A stretch of DNA of 64,000 bases from Thermoanaerobaculia bacterium (GCA_963664405.1 OY761158.1:6176001-6240000), one strand, 5' to 3'. Positions 30,551 through 40,374 are shown, counted from the stretch's first letter. The notes: generated from the letters alone by a model not told the origin. Numbers and translations: made by a program.

Positions 30551-31009
30551 TTGATCCTCGGCATACACCACACCGCCATCTCGGTGAAAGACATGGACAG
30601 GTCACTGGCCTTCTACCGTGATTTGCTGGGCATGGAGGTGCTCTCGGACCAGAGCTGGGAGAGCAGTCGAGAGAACAACCCGAAACCGGAAAAGATTCTG
30701 GATCTCGAGAACCCCGCTGCACGACAGGCCATGCTGAGGTGTGGAAACGCTCATATTGAGCTGTTCGAGTTCAGCAAGCCGGAACCCGCCCCCATGGCAG
30801 TGGACCGGCCCGTGCATGATCATGGGTACACGCACTTCAGCCTGGATGTGACGGACGTGGATGCGGAATACGAGAGGCTGCTGGAAGCCGGGGTGACGTT
30901 CCATTGTCCACCCATCAATCTCGGCCCTAAGTGCAGGACCACCTACGGTCGAGACCCGGATGGCAACGTGATCGAGTTTCAGGAGCTGTTCGAGAGCGCT
31001 CGCTGGTAA
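30551..31009 (+). CDS. VOC/glyoxalase family protein
   Basis: IHHTAISVKDMDRSLAFYRDLLG...YGRDPDGNVIEFQE; TTG start with RBS AGGAG. Confidence 0.9.
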   Translation: MILGIHHTAISVKDMDRSLAFYRDLLGMEVLSDQSWESSRENNPKPEKILDLENPAARQAMLRCGNAHIELFEFSKPEPAPMAVDRPVHDHGYTHFSLDVTDVDAEYERLLEAGVTFHCPPINLGPKCRTTYGRDPDGNVIEFQELFESARW

Positions 31010-31069
31010 AACTCGCTGCGCCGCCGAGCACGGAGTGCTGGATCGAGGCGGGCTTGCCTGGCGTTGGAC

Positions 31070-31166
31070 ATGCGCCTGGCACGTTACTTCGGCAGCTCGG
31101 AACGCTTCTGGGTTGGTCTGCAAACAGACCATGACCTCGAGGAAGCGCATCGCGCCTTCGGTGAGA
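31070..31166 (+). pseudogene. Remnant of the higA 3' half
   Basis: Near-identical to about 25272-25368 (ATGCGCCTGGC..GTTACTTCGGCAG..CTGCAAACAGAC..GCGCATCGCGCCTTCGGTGAGA). Confidence 0.8.
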
Positions 31167-31242
31167 GCGCTCGCCGCGACTCTTGGCGTGTAATTTGAAG
31201 TCTGTACCTTCGTATTACATACAGGATGGTAGCATCCGCTTC

Positions 31243-32430
31243 GTGATCATCGAACGTACGCTCGAGGTTCCTGCCCGGAACCTGTTCGCCAAATATCCAG
31301 TCCTGACCGTGACCGGACCGCGGCAATCCGGGAAGACCACGCTCTGTCGACGGGTCTTCCCCGATCTCCCCTACGTCAGCCTGGAGTCCCCGGACCAACG
31401 CCAGTTCGCGATCGAGGACCCGAGGGGCTTCCTTCGCGAATACGAGAACGGAGCGATTCTTGACGAGATCCAGCGCACTCCAGATCTCGTCTCCTACCTC
31501 CAGGAGCTGGTGGACGAGAATCGAGGCAATGGGCGCTTTGTGCTCACGGGTAGCCAACAGTTTCGGGTGACTCGCGCGATCACTCAATCACTCGCGGGCA
31601 GGACGGGAATCCTACGATTGCTGCCGTTCTCGATCGCCGAGGCTGTTCAGATTCGGTCGGATCTCGAACCCGAGACGATGCTGTATGCGGGGTTCTACCC
31701 GAGGATCTACGATCACGGACTCGACCCTACTCAGGCCCTGGGCGACTACTTCGAAACCTATGTCGAGCGCGACGTGCGTCAGATCAGCGAGATCCGCAAT
31801 CTCTCCAGCTTCCGGACTTTCGTGAAGCTGTGTGCCGGCCGAAGTGGCCAGCTACTGAACCTGCACAGCCTCGGCAACGACGCGGGTGTCTCGCACACCA
31901 CCGCGCGGGAGTGGATCAGCGTACTCGAGGCCAGCTACATCGTCTTCCTGCTTCAGCCCCTTCACGCAAACGTATCGAAGCGGCTCATCAAATCGCCGAA
32001 GCTCTACTTTTACGATGTCGGTTTGGCCGCCTACCTCCTGGGCATCGAGAGTGAGAAGCAGATCTTCACCCATCCCCTGAAGGGGGCGTTGTTCGAGAAC
32101 CTCGTGGTGATGGAGGCTCTGAAGCATCGCTACAATCGCGGACTACGCAGCAATCTGAGCTTCTACCGAGACTCTGCGGGCAACGAAGTGGATCTCGTGT
32201 GCTCGTACGCCGAGCGACTCGTCGGCATCGAGACCAAGGCCGGTGCGACGGTCAGTGGGGACTACTTCAAGGGGCTCGAGAGGCTCTCGGCCGCACTACC
32301 GGGGCCCCTCGCCGCGGAGATGGTTGTCCATGGCGGAGATCGCGAGATGGTGAGAGAGGGGGTGCTCGTCACGGATCCCAGAGGATTCGTCGGTCGGCTC
32401 GCCGGGATCGAACAGGACCTCGAATCCTAG
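31243..32430 (+). CDS. AAA+ ATPase (AAA_14 + DUF4143)
   Basis: GPRQSGKTT, ILDEIQ, LTGSQ, KSPKLYFYDVG, FENLV, YRD..GNEVD, IETK. Confidence 0.92.
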   Translation: MIIERTLEVPARNLFAKYPVLTVTGPRQSGKTTLCRRVFPDLPYVSLESPDQRQFAIEDPRGFLREYENGAILDEIQRTPDLVSYLQELVDENRGNGRFVLTGSQQFRVTRAITQSLAGRTGILRLLPFSIAEAVQIRSDLEPETMLYAGFYPRIYDHGLDPTQALGDYFETYVERDVRQISEIRNLSSFRTFVKLCAGRSGQLLNLHSLGNDAGVSHTTAREWISVLEASYIVFLLQPLHANVSKRLIKSPKLYFYDVGLAAYLLGIESEKQIFTHPLKGALFENLVVMEALKHRYNRGLRSNLSFYRDSAGNEVDLVCSYAERLVGIETKAGATVSGDYFKGLERLSAALPGPLAAEMVVHGGDREMVREGVLVTDPRGFVGRLAGIEQDLES

Positions 32431-32618
32431 ACTCGGTCGACCCCGCGCCGGCTCACTTCACGAGTCGCTGTTCTGGGCGCAACGCTCTTTCCGGTTGTCA
32501 GATGATCGGAATGTCCAAAATTTTGAACTATTATGCATCATTTTGAGTTTTGTCGATTGCCAACGGCACAACATATGGTATCCATCGGGCGCCCCCCCCT
32601 TATACCCAATATGTGGAC

Positions 32619-32633
32619 TGGCATGGTAGTTGC
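32619..32633 (+). promoter_or_regulatory. Sigma-54 (-24/-12) promoter of TonB receptor 2
   Basis: TGGCATGGTAGTTGC = GG-N10-GC. Confidence 0.7.
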
Positions 32634-32784
32634 GGCAAAAAATACAGCACTTGTTCGAAATCGGACCTAAACTCTGCATAGTCTCAGTGTCTTCTCAGAC
32701 AGTAAGAGTTTCACCCGTCGCCGACCCTGAGGCTTTGCCGAAGGTCCGGTGGACACGTCAAGCCGAGACCGTGGAGGACCCCTT

Positions 32785-35098
32785 ACGAAAGCAGCCGCAC
32801 TCAAATCACTCGTCCTGATCGCTTCCCTCTGTCTCTGCGCTCTGCCGTTATCGGCGGACGGTCCGCAGACCGGAACCATCGACGGTCGCGTCCTCGACGC
32901 GCAGGGAGGCGGCCTGCCGGGGGCCACGGTGACCCTGAAGGGTCCGCAGAGAACGACGACGGTGATGTCCGACGCCGGCGGGAAGTACCGCTTCGCGCTC
33001 CTTCAGGCCGGTGACTTCACGGTCACTGCAGAGCTCGAGGGGCTCGGTTCGGCCGAGCAGACGGTCGGGCTCACTCCGGGTCAGCGCCGCGGTGTCGACC
33101 TCACTCTGGCGGGAGGAGCCGCCGAGGAGATCACCGTCACCGGTGAGGCGGCCCAGATCAGCAAGTACGACACCGGCTCGGTCAGCTCGCTGCAGTCGGA
33201 GGCGAACGAGAATATCGCCTTCGCCAATCGTAACTATGCCGCCAGTGTTCGCGCCCTTCCCGGGGTGGTGAGCGCCGGCGAGTCCGACGCTCTCCCGATG
33301 ATCAACGGCGGCATCACCACCGAGACCCAGGTCTTGATCGAAGGTGTCGACACCTCGAACACGCGGCGCGGTGGTGAGACGCGGGTGATCATGCCGACGT
33401 CGTCCCTGTCGGAGACTCGGATCGAGAGCGGCGGGTTCGGCGCCGAGTACGGTCGGGTGACCGGCGGCATCATCAACTCGACGGTCAAGACCGGTACCAA
33501 CGAGTTTCACGGCGACTTTCTCTACATCGGCCAGAATCCCAAGTGGAGGGCCGAGGACAACCTGGGCCTCGAACGTCCGGACGATCCTTTCGCCAGCTTC
33601 GAGACTTCGCTGGGCGGGCCGATCTGGCGCGAGAAGGCCTGGTTCTTCGCCGCCTATGCGGACTTCACCAACAACTCCCTCGACGAGCTCCGGGACGGCA
33701 CGGTTATCGATGATAGTCGGACCTCGGAGCCGCGCATCCTCAAGGTGAATCTCCAGCCCAGCGACCGCCACCAACTGGCTATCACCGAGATCGATTCGCG
33801 GGGGAATGGCATCGCCAATCCGGGTAATTCCGGTGATCTTTTGTCGGTCATGGATCGTCCGCTGTACGCCCAGGTTCTGACCGGGACCTGGAGCTTCGCC
33901 GCGACCAGCTCGACCTTCGTCGAGGTCAAGGCGTCTGAGCGCAAGGACCTCTTTCCTCGCACTCTTCTCTTCCCCAAGGATCCGTCGACCCTCAACCCCG
34001 ACGCTTCCGACAATCCGGTTGACAACAATTTCCGCTATCGCGATCTCAACACGAATCTGCGCTGGAATGGCCCGGCGAGTGGGAGTGGCATCGGCTACAA
34101 CGACTTTCCTCGCGACACTCTGGGCGGCTCGGCGACCTTGTTCAAGGCCAACCACGAGCTCAAGTTCGGCATCGACTTCCAAGACATCGAATTCACCAAT
34201 CTGGGTCAGGTCGGCAAGGAATATCGCGGCCGCACCTACTGCTTTGAATGCCCCGGTGGCTACGTGGCACCCCAGAGAGTCAGGATCTTCGAGGATTCCG
34301 AGCCGTCTCGCAATACCGGCGAGGAGCTCTCGGTGTATGCCCAGGATCGGATCGATGTCGGTGATAAGTGGAGTTTCCACCTCGGCGTGCGTCTCGACGA
34401 AGAGCGGATGTGGAACGACGTCGGTAGGCAGGTCGACGATTCGAGCGACGTGGCGCCGCGTCTGACCGCAGTCTACGACGTCAAGGCTGACGGCAAGCTG
34501 CTGGTGCGGGCGAGCGTCGGGAGCTACTACCAGAACCTCGGCCTGGACTTCGCGTTCCGAGAGTTCAGCGAGCTGCCCACCGGGCAGCAGGCGTTCACCG
34601 AGTACAACTGGAACCCTGCTACCCAGCGCTACGACCGCTTCCGTACCACCGTCGCCCCGTCGGGCGCGGGGGGTGAGATCCAGATGGTCGATCACGCTCG
34701 CAGAGACCAGATTACGGTTGGGGTCGACGTCCAGCTGTCTCGGAACTGGGTGTTCAAGGGGGGCCTGGTGGCACATGAGACCGACGGCATTCCCTTCGGC
34801 AACACTCAGTACCTCGGTGGCACACCCGGACACAGGTTTCGAGATCGACTTCGCTACCCGAGACGAGGCACGAGACGGGAATCAGCTACAGGACTACTTC
34901 ACCCTCAACCTGTCGGCGATGTACTCTTTCCCGATCAAGGGTCCGGTGGAGGGGGAGCTCGGCTTCGAGGCTTCCAACATCACCGAGAAGGACGAAGTGC
35001 TCCTGGTCAACTCGCTCGAGGGCCTGACGGCTGCCTCCTCGGTCAACTCGTGGCAGCAGCCTCGTGAGTTTCGTCTCAAGGTCGGGATCCGCTTCTAG
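32785..35098 (+). pseudogene. Second Oar-like TonB-dependent receptor, degraded
   Basis: Paralog of 27315-30038. ACG at the position of the paralog's ATG; roughly 0.4-kb internal deletion with frameshift near 34810; the C-terminal VGIRF is in another frame. Confidence 0.85.
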
Positions 35099-35111
35099 GT
35101 TTCCAAGCTCT

Positions 35112-35152
35112 GTCTCGAGGCGGGTGGCGCCGTTGCACCCCCGCCTCGAGAC
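35112..35152 (+). terminator. GC-rich stem-loop after TonB receptor 2 (related hairpin at about 30052-30095)
   Basis: 13-bp perfect stem GTCTCGAGGCGGG / CCCGCCTCGAGAC; weak pyrimidine tail. Confidence 0.5.
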
Positions 35153-35256
35153 CTTCCTTCACTTCGGTAGCTCTCAGCTCTGCCTCGAGGCACCCTCAGC
35201 GTGACAGTGCCGGCCAGCCGGTGCCGACGGTCAACCCCTGATACGCTGCTCTGGCG

Positions 35257-35673
35257 ATGTTGGAGTCCGAATCACTCATTCAGACTGTCCACCAGCGATT
35301 GGCCAGCTCTGCCGAAGACGAAGTCGTCTCCGCGTTCCTTTTCGGCAGCCGCGTCGAGGGACGCGGGCATCGGGAGAGCGACGTCGACGTGGCGGTCCTT
35401 CTGCGGCCTGAGCTCGACCGACGACAGCGCTTCGAGACCCGGCTGCGGCTGACCTCGGAGCTCATCGCCGCGCTCCATTTCAACGACATCGACCTCGTCG
35501 TGCTCAACGATGCTCCGCCTCTCCTCGCTCGCCGAATCGTGCTCGACGGGGAGCGGGTGTTTTGCGCCGACGCCGAGGCCGATCACGCCTTCCGACGGGA
35601 TGTGCAGCTGCGGGCCGCAGATCTCGCACCCTTCATCGAGCGTGGCCGGAGAGCGCTGCTTGCCGCGGTCTAG
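35257..35673 (+). CDS. mntA: MntA-type nucleotidyltransferase antitoxin (type VII TA)
   Basis: GSx10DxD motif GSRVEGRGHRESDVD; IDLVVLNDAPPLL. Confidence 0.88.
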   Translation: MLESESLIQTVHQRLASSAEDEVVSAFLFGSRVEGRGHRESDVDVAVLLRPELDRRQRFETRLRLTSELIAALHFNDIDLVVLNDAPPLLARRIVLDGERVFCADAEADHAFRRDVQLRAADLAPFIERGRRALLAAV

Positions 35674-35675
35674 CG

Positions 35676-36089
35676 ATGACCTTCTTGGTCGAACGCCTCG
35701 CCAACCTCAGCCTTCATCTTGCTCATCTGCGAGAGTTGAAGCCGCGCGTGGCCTCCGCTGACGATCTGCAGCGTGACCTGTCTCTACATAACGACGTTCT
35801 CTACTCGCTGCTCTGCGTTTGCCAGCTAGTGATCGATATCGCGGGGGAGCTCTCTGCTCGCCGGGGTCGACGATTCGAGGACTACACGGAGGCCGTGCGC
35901 AACCTCTCGGCCTACGACGACATGTCGCCGGAGCTCATCCAGGAGCTCGAACGGCTTCCGGGATTTCGCAACGTGCTGATCCACGAATACGTAGCCTTGG
36001 ATCTCGAGCGGGCGGTCGAGGCCCTGGAGCGCCTGTCCCCGATCGAGGACTTCGTCAGCGTGGTCAAGAGGCTCGAGCGCGAGGGCTGA
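35676..36089 (+). CDS. hepT: HepT/DUF86 HEPN RNase toxin
   Basis: Rx4HxY motif RNVLIHEY; directly follows mntA. Confidence 0.88.
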   Translation: MTFLVERLANLSLHLAHLRELKPRVASADDLQRDLSLHNDVLYSLLCVCQLVIDIAGELSARRGRRFEDYTEAVRNLSAYDDMSPELIQELERLPGFRNVLIHEYVALDLERAVEALERLSPIEDFVSVVKRLEREG

Positions 36090-36123
36090 CGGCTGGACCC
36101 TGAGGCGCGGCACCTACCCTCGA

Positions 36124-36138
36124 TATTCGGCTGGCACC
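36124..36138 (+). repeat. Cassette-boundary repeat R1
   Basis: TATTCGGCTGGCACC between hepT and vapB. Confidence 0.8.
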
Positions 36139-36187
36139 TACGGAGGCGATACGGACATATTGACATCTCCGTGATATGTTTTTCTGT

Positions 36188-36430
36188 ATGCGTACTACCT
36201 TGAACCTCGATGACGGCTTGATGACCGCTGTTAAGAAGGCTGCTGCCGACAGCGGAAAGACCATGACCGAGGTCGTCGAAGAAGCACTCACGGATGCACT
36301 GCTGCGGCGGCCGGTCGAGGATGCTCAGTCCTTCGAACTGGCATTACCCACGGTAAAGGGCAGGACCAAGCCGGGCGTCGACCTCACCGATCGGGAGTCG
36401 CTGTTCGAGATCATGGAAGGCCGGCGTTGA
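36188..36430 (+). CDS. vapB: VapB-type RHH antitoxin
   Basis: MRTTLNLDDGL...TMTEVVEEAL; overlaps vapC. Confidence 0.85.
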   Translation: MRTTLNLDDGLMTAVKKAAADSGKTMTEVVEEALTDALLRRPVEDAQSFELALPTVKGRTKPGVDLTDRESLFEIMEGRR

Positions 36431-36861
36431 TTGCCGTCGACACCAACGTCCTCGTCCATGCCCATCGAGAGGGATCGGAGCATCACCATGCGGCTCTCGA
36501 GCGGCTGCGAGATCTGGCCGAGGGCCCGGAGCCGTGGGGCCTGCCGATCTTCTGTGTGGGTGAGTTCGTGCGAGTGGTGACTCACCCTCGTCTCTTCGAT
36601 CCCCCTTCGACGTTGGCCCAAGCCCTGGCGGTGATCGACCGTCTCCGCCGCAGCCCTACGCTTCGGGTGCTCTCCCCACGAGAGCGCTTCTTCGAGTTGT
36701 TCTCGTCGTGTCTCACGACGGCGGATGCCCGTGGCAACCTGGCTTTCGATGCCATGATCGCCGCCGTCTGCCTCGAGCACGGCGCCCGTCAGCTGCTCAC
36801 ACTCGACCGCGACTTTCGCCGCTTTGATCGACTTGAGGTGGTTGGTTATGGGCCGGCCTGA
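36427..36861 (+). CDS. vapC: VapC PIN-domain toxin
   Basis: IAVDTNVLV, EF.RVVTHP, DA.IAA, TLDRDF. Confidence 0.92.
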   Translation: MIAVDTNVLVHAHREGSEHHHAALERLRDLAEGPEPWGLPIFCVGEFVRVVTHPRLFDPPSTLAQALAVIDRLRRSPTLRVLSPRERFFELFSSCLTTADARGNLAFDAMIAAVCLEHGARQLLTLDRDFRRFDRLEVVGYGPA

Positions 36862-36880
36862 GAGCGCTGGCAATGCTCAC

Positions 36881-36919
36881 TATTCGGCTGGCACCCTTGC
36901 CCGCACCCTTGCCCACGGG
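36881..36919 (+). repeat. Cassette-boundary repeat R2
   Basis: TATTCGGCTGGCACCCTTGCCC-GCACCCTTGCCC-ACGGG (internal 12-bp duplication relative to R3). Confidence 0.85.
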
Positions 36920-36996
36920 GACACGCGAACCATCAATCCTTTCTGCTCTCCAGCTGCCGGCGGAGGGTACGTTAGAATGTGAGCGAGGAGATTTCC

Positions 36997-37194
36997 ATGG
37001 CTACCGCCGACGTCAGCGCGAAAACTCGAATCCGTAATCTGCTAGAGCAGCAGCCCGACGACAGCTCGTACGATGAGATCTTGCGAGAGTTGGCCCTGCA
37101 CCGCATGATCGAGCGAGGCCTCGCCGATGCAGACGCAGGGCGGGTCCTCAGCCATGAAGAAATGGGCCGTCGAATCGACTCATGGGCCAAGTAG
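36997..37194 (+). CDS. Antitoxin of a ParE/RelE module
   Basis: IERGLADADAGRVLSHEE...W pattern; RBS GAGGAG; overlaps the toxin start. Confidence 0.8.
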   Translation: MATADVSAKTRIRNLLEQQPDDSSYDEILRELALHRMIERGLADADAGRVLSHEEMGRRIDSWAK

Positions 37195-37478
37195 GATGGA
37201 CCGAAGAGGCGGCCCGTTGGCTCAGAGAAATCCACGACTACATCGCTGATGAGGACCCGGAGGCTGCCATCCGAGTCGTCGGCGAGATCCACTCTCGCGC
37301 TGAGTCACTGACCTCGTTTCCTGAGCGTGGCTACCGCTACCTGGATCTGCCCGAGCGAGAAGTACGCATTCTCCTGTGGGGCCACTACCGGATCGCGTAT
37401 CTCGTCCGCTCGTCGGGTGACGTCGAGATACTCGGCATCTTCCACGGGGCACTCGAGATCGAGCGGTACTTGCGCTGA
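37182..37478 (+). CDS. RelE/ParE family toxin
   Basis: WTEEA..WL.EI.DYIA.EDP.AA, L..FPERG, YRIAY, ILGIFHG. Confidence 0.9.
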   Translation: MGQVGWTEEAARWLREIHDYIADEDPEAAIRVVGEIHSRAESLTSFPERGYRYLDLPEREVRILLWGHYRIAYLVRSSGDVEILGIFHGALEIERYLR

Positions 37479-37510
37479 GTAGGTCAGACTACTAGGTCCG
37501 CAGGGCCCAT

Positions 37511-37537
37511 TATTCGGCTGGCACCCTTGCCCACGGG
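37511..37537 (+). repeat. Cassette-boundary repeat R3
   Basis: TATTCGGCTGGCACCCTTGCCCACGGG. Confidence 0.85.
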
Positions 37538-37552
37538 CGCTTCTGGCTAAAA

Positions 37553-37587
37553 TGTCCATGGACAGTGTCTATGGACAGAGCTAGAAT
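37553..37587 (+). promoter_or_regulatory. Twin palindromic operator overlapping a sigma-70-like promoter of the phd-vapC operon
   Basis: TGTCCATGGACA-G-TGTCTATGGACA; TGGACA-17 bp-TAGAAT. Confidence 0.65.
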
Positions 37588-37596
37588 GGGTGGACA

Positions 37597-37854
37597 ATGG
37601 AGGACACCGACACTAGAACGATTCCGGCTGGTGACTTCAAACAGACCTGTTTGAAACTGATAGATGAGGTCAAGACCACGGGGATCCCGATCGTGATTAC
37701 GAAGCACGGCAAGGCCGTCGCCCAGCTTGCGCCACTGGAGCCGGACCAGATCGAGCTTCCCTGGCCGCTCGAGCTCGCCGCGCGCGCGACGATCGAAGGG
37801 GATCTCGTAACCCCGGCGACCGACCCGACAGAGTGGGAAGTTCTTTCAGATTGA
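37597..37854 (+). CDS. Phd/YefM antitoxin
   Basis: IPAGDFKQTCLKLIDEV..TG.PIVITKHGKAVAQL. Confidence 0.9.
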   Translation: MEDTDTRTIPAGDFKQTCLKLIDEVKTTGIPIVITKHGKAVAQLAPLEPDQIELPWPLELAARATIEGDLVTPATDPTEWEVLSD

Positions 37855-38243
37855 AGCTCCTCCTCGATACCCACGTCTGGCTCTGGCGCTTGATCGAGCC
37901 CGCGCGGCTGTCGAAGGACGCCACTGCTCTGCTGGCCGAACGTGAGCAGGAGCTCTTTTTGTCACCGATCTCGGTCTGGGAGACCATGGTCCTGTGCCGG
38001 AAGGGTCGGCTGACCCTGCGGCCGGACCCGGCGTCTTGGGTTCGTGCGGCTCTCGCTGGCTCGCCGGTCAGAACCGCCCTCATGACGCACGAAGTCGCGA
38101 TCCGCAGCGAATCCCTGGAAGGTTTCGACAATTCGGATCCCGCCGACCGCTTCCTAGTGGCTACGGCTCTCGAGGCCGGTCTCAAGATCGTCACCTACGA
38201 CGAGCGAATCCGCTCCTATGCGGCGGTCGAAACGGTCTGGTGA
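37851..38243 (+). CDS. vapC: VapC PIN-domain toxin
   Basis: LLLDTHVWLW, SPISVWE, DPADRFLVATA, VTYDERI; TTG start overlapping the antitoxin stop. Confidence 0.9.
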   Translation: MKLLLDTHVWLWRLIEPARLSKDATALLAEREQELFLSPISVWETMVLCRKGRLTLRPDPASWVRAALAGSPVRTALMTHEVAIRSESLEGFDNSDPADRFLVATALEAGLKIVTYDERIRSYAAVETVW

Positions 38244-38284
38244 TCTCGCCGGGCCGTTCCAAGTACCGTTAGTTACTAGCTAAA

Positions 38285-38297
38285 TACTCGGCTGGCA
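38285..38297 (+). repeat. Cassette-boundary repeat R4, split by the intron
   Basis: TACTCGGCTGGCA | intron | CC (40333-40334) rejoins to TACTCGGCTGGCACC. Confidence 0.85.
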
Positions 38298-40332
38298 GTG
38301 CGACACGAAGGAGGAATCTGATGACCTGATCGAAAGACAGAGATAGGAGACCTCTGGGTCTCGAAGGCCGGCGGGTGAAAGTCCCGCCCGGGGAGTTGTC
38401 GGTACACCCCGGTAGCCGCCGGAGCAGTCGATGCGGGTGACCGTCCGGCTGAAGCCTCCGGAACAGCTGGAGTAAGTCCAGTGGGCAAAGGTGCAGGCCG
38501 CAACGCGAGTGAACCCTGAGAAGGCCCCGAAAGTTACTTGCTGGAGCCGACCCTCCTGCCATAAGGGGAAGGCCGCCGCTCGACGGAGGAGCAACCGACC
38601 GTTGAATCCGCCGAATCCAGCCGGGGTAGTGGGGGTGGCATGTACCGAAGGTCTTTGAGGCAACGTGTGAGACCCACGTCGGTGGCGGGTTGCGACCGCC
38701 AACCGGGAAGGCGTAAAAGGTCGTTCTCGGGCCGTTGTGGGAGTCGGAGGGGCTTGTATTACTGAGGAAGCCGGGTAACTCCGGTGGAGGGAAGGAGCCC
38801 TAGTTCTGGTGCGCTTTGGAAGGAGAAGGAGACCGGGATTGACGCAAAGTCTAGGACCCGAACGAGTCGAGCGACTCCGGAAGAAGCTGTGTGACAAGGC
38901 CAAGCGAGAGCCCGACTTTCGCTTCTACACCCTGTACGACAAGGTCTGCTGGCCCGAGACCCTATCTGTGGCCTACGCCCGCGCGAAAGCCAACCGGGGA
39001 GGCCCGGGAGTGGACGGAGTCCGGTTCGAGGAGATCGAGTCGTATGGGGTCGAGCGATGGCTGGGAGAGCTCCGAGAGGAGCTGGTAGAGGAAAGCTACC
39101 GTCCGCAACCGGTGCGGCGGGTGAAGATTAGGAAGCCCGGCGGCGGAGAGCGTGCGCTCGGGATCCCGACGATTCGGGATCGAGTGGCGCAAACCGCCGC
39201 AGTGCTGATCCTCGAGCCGATCTTCGAGGCCGATTTTGAAGAGAACGTGTATGGGTATCGACCGAAGCGGAGCGCCCATGATGCGCTAGCTGCCGTACGA
39301 GACGGTTTGTACGAGGGCCAGGCCCACGTCGTCGACGCCGACATCGCCCAGTACTTTGACACGATTCCCCATGGGGATTTGCTGAAGTCGGTGGCGCGTC
39401 GGATCGCCGATGGGAAGATCCTGCGACTCTTGAAGCTGTGGCTGAAGTCTCCAGTGGACGAGCAAGATGGCTCGGGTCGCTGGCGACGGACAGGCGGCAA
39501 GAAGAGGAAGCGGGGGATTCCGCAGGGTGGGGTGGTCTCACCCCTCCTGGCCAACATCTACATCAACCGGCTCGTGCGTCACTGGCGCAACTCAGGCGCC
39601 TCGAAACGCCTAGGTCAGATCGTCTCTTACGCCGATGATTTCGTCATCCTGTGCAGGAGCGAGGCGCAGGCTCGCGAGAGCTTGGATCTCGTCTCTCACT
39701 GGCTGACAAAGCTCGGCTTAGCGATTCACCCGGACAAGACCCGCCTGTGCGGGGTGTGGGAGGAGTCGTTCGACTTTCTGGGGTACACCTTCAGATCGCA
39801 TCGACGCTTCCGCACCGGCCAGCGGATCTTGACTGCGAACCCTTCGAAGAAGGCCCAGAAGCGGCTCCAGGAGAAGGTCAACGCCCTGCTGTATCGGGGG
39901 AACCCGGAGCCCTGGCCCGAGCTGCGTCTGCAGCTGAACCGTCTTTTGATGGGATGGGCCAACTACTTCAGCTTCGGATGGACGGCAGCTGCGGATCGCG
40001 CCGTCTGGTGGCATGTCGCGAGACGTGCCCGACGATTCCTCTGTCGACGACACAAACTCCGATCGCAAGGAGTCGCCCGGTTTTCTGCCTCCGAGGTCTA
40101 CGGCTCAGCCGCAGTCCTCGACATCAAGCAGTACCGGGATCGAAAGGGTCGACTCGCGCATGCCTCGTCGTGAAGCCAGTCCGGGAGCCGTGTGCGGGAG
40201 AACCGCAAGCACGGTTCGATGAGAGGCGGCGGGAAACGGAGCCATGGTCAGGAGATTGAGGCACTCGCAAACGAAAGGGCGAGAAAACAGATGGGCCTGA
40301 CCTACAGCCACCGCGCCCGCCGTCGACTCCAC
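38298..40332 (+). mobile_element. Group II intron (about 2035 nt)
   Basis: 5' GUGCG; domain V GAGCCGUGUGCGGGAGAACCGCAAGCACGGUUC at about 40185-40218; long domain VI ending ...GACUCCAC; encodes an RT/maturase. Confidence 0.92.
38839..40173 (+). CDS. ltrA: Group II intron reverse transcriptase/maturase, no endonuclease domain
   Basis: RT0 PGVDG, LGIPTIRDR, YGYRP.RS, PQGGVVSPLLANIY, YADD, FDFLGY, maturase GWANYF. The TTG start at 38839 is approximate. Confidence 0.95.
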   Translation: MTQSLGPERVERLRKKLCDKAKREPDFRFYTLYDKVCWPETLSVAYARAKANRGGPGVDGVRFEEIESYGVERWLGELREELVEESYRPQPVRRVKIRKPGGGERALGIPTIRDRVAQTAAVLILEPIFEADFEENVYGYRPKRSAHDALAAVRDGLYEGQAHVVDADIAQYFDTIPHGDLLKSVARRIADGKILRLLKLWLKSPVDEQDGSGRWRRTGGKKRKRGIPQGGVVSPLLANIYINRLVRHWRNSGASKRLGQIVSYADDFVILCRSEAQARESLDLVSHWLTKLGLAIHPDKTRLCGVWEESFDFLGYTFRSHRRFRTGQRILTANPSKKAQKRLQEKVNALLYRGNPEPWPELRLQLNRLLMGWANYFSFGWTAAADRAVWWHVARRARRFLCRRHKLRSQGVARFSASEVYGSAAVLDIKQYRDRKGRLAHASS

Positions 40333-40374
40333 CCTTTTTCTGGGCGCCACTGCGCGGCTATATGACCGTCGCCC

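Noticed and set aside
35206-35226. Inverted copy of the array repeat upstream of mntA (GCCAGCCG)
   Set aside because: Only 8 bp match in GC-rich sequence, too weak to call.
36090-38297. Canonical integron attC sites
   Set aside because: No RYYYAAC...GTTRRRY boxes with a long imperfect palindrome were seen on either strand, and there is no intI in the window.
38839-40173. Retron, DGR or defence-associated RT
   Set aside because: It has RT0 and maturase domains and lies within a complete group II ribozyme with domains V and VI.
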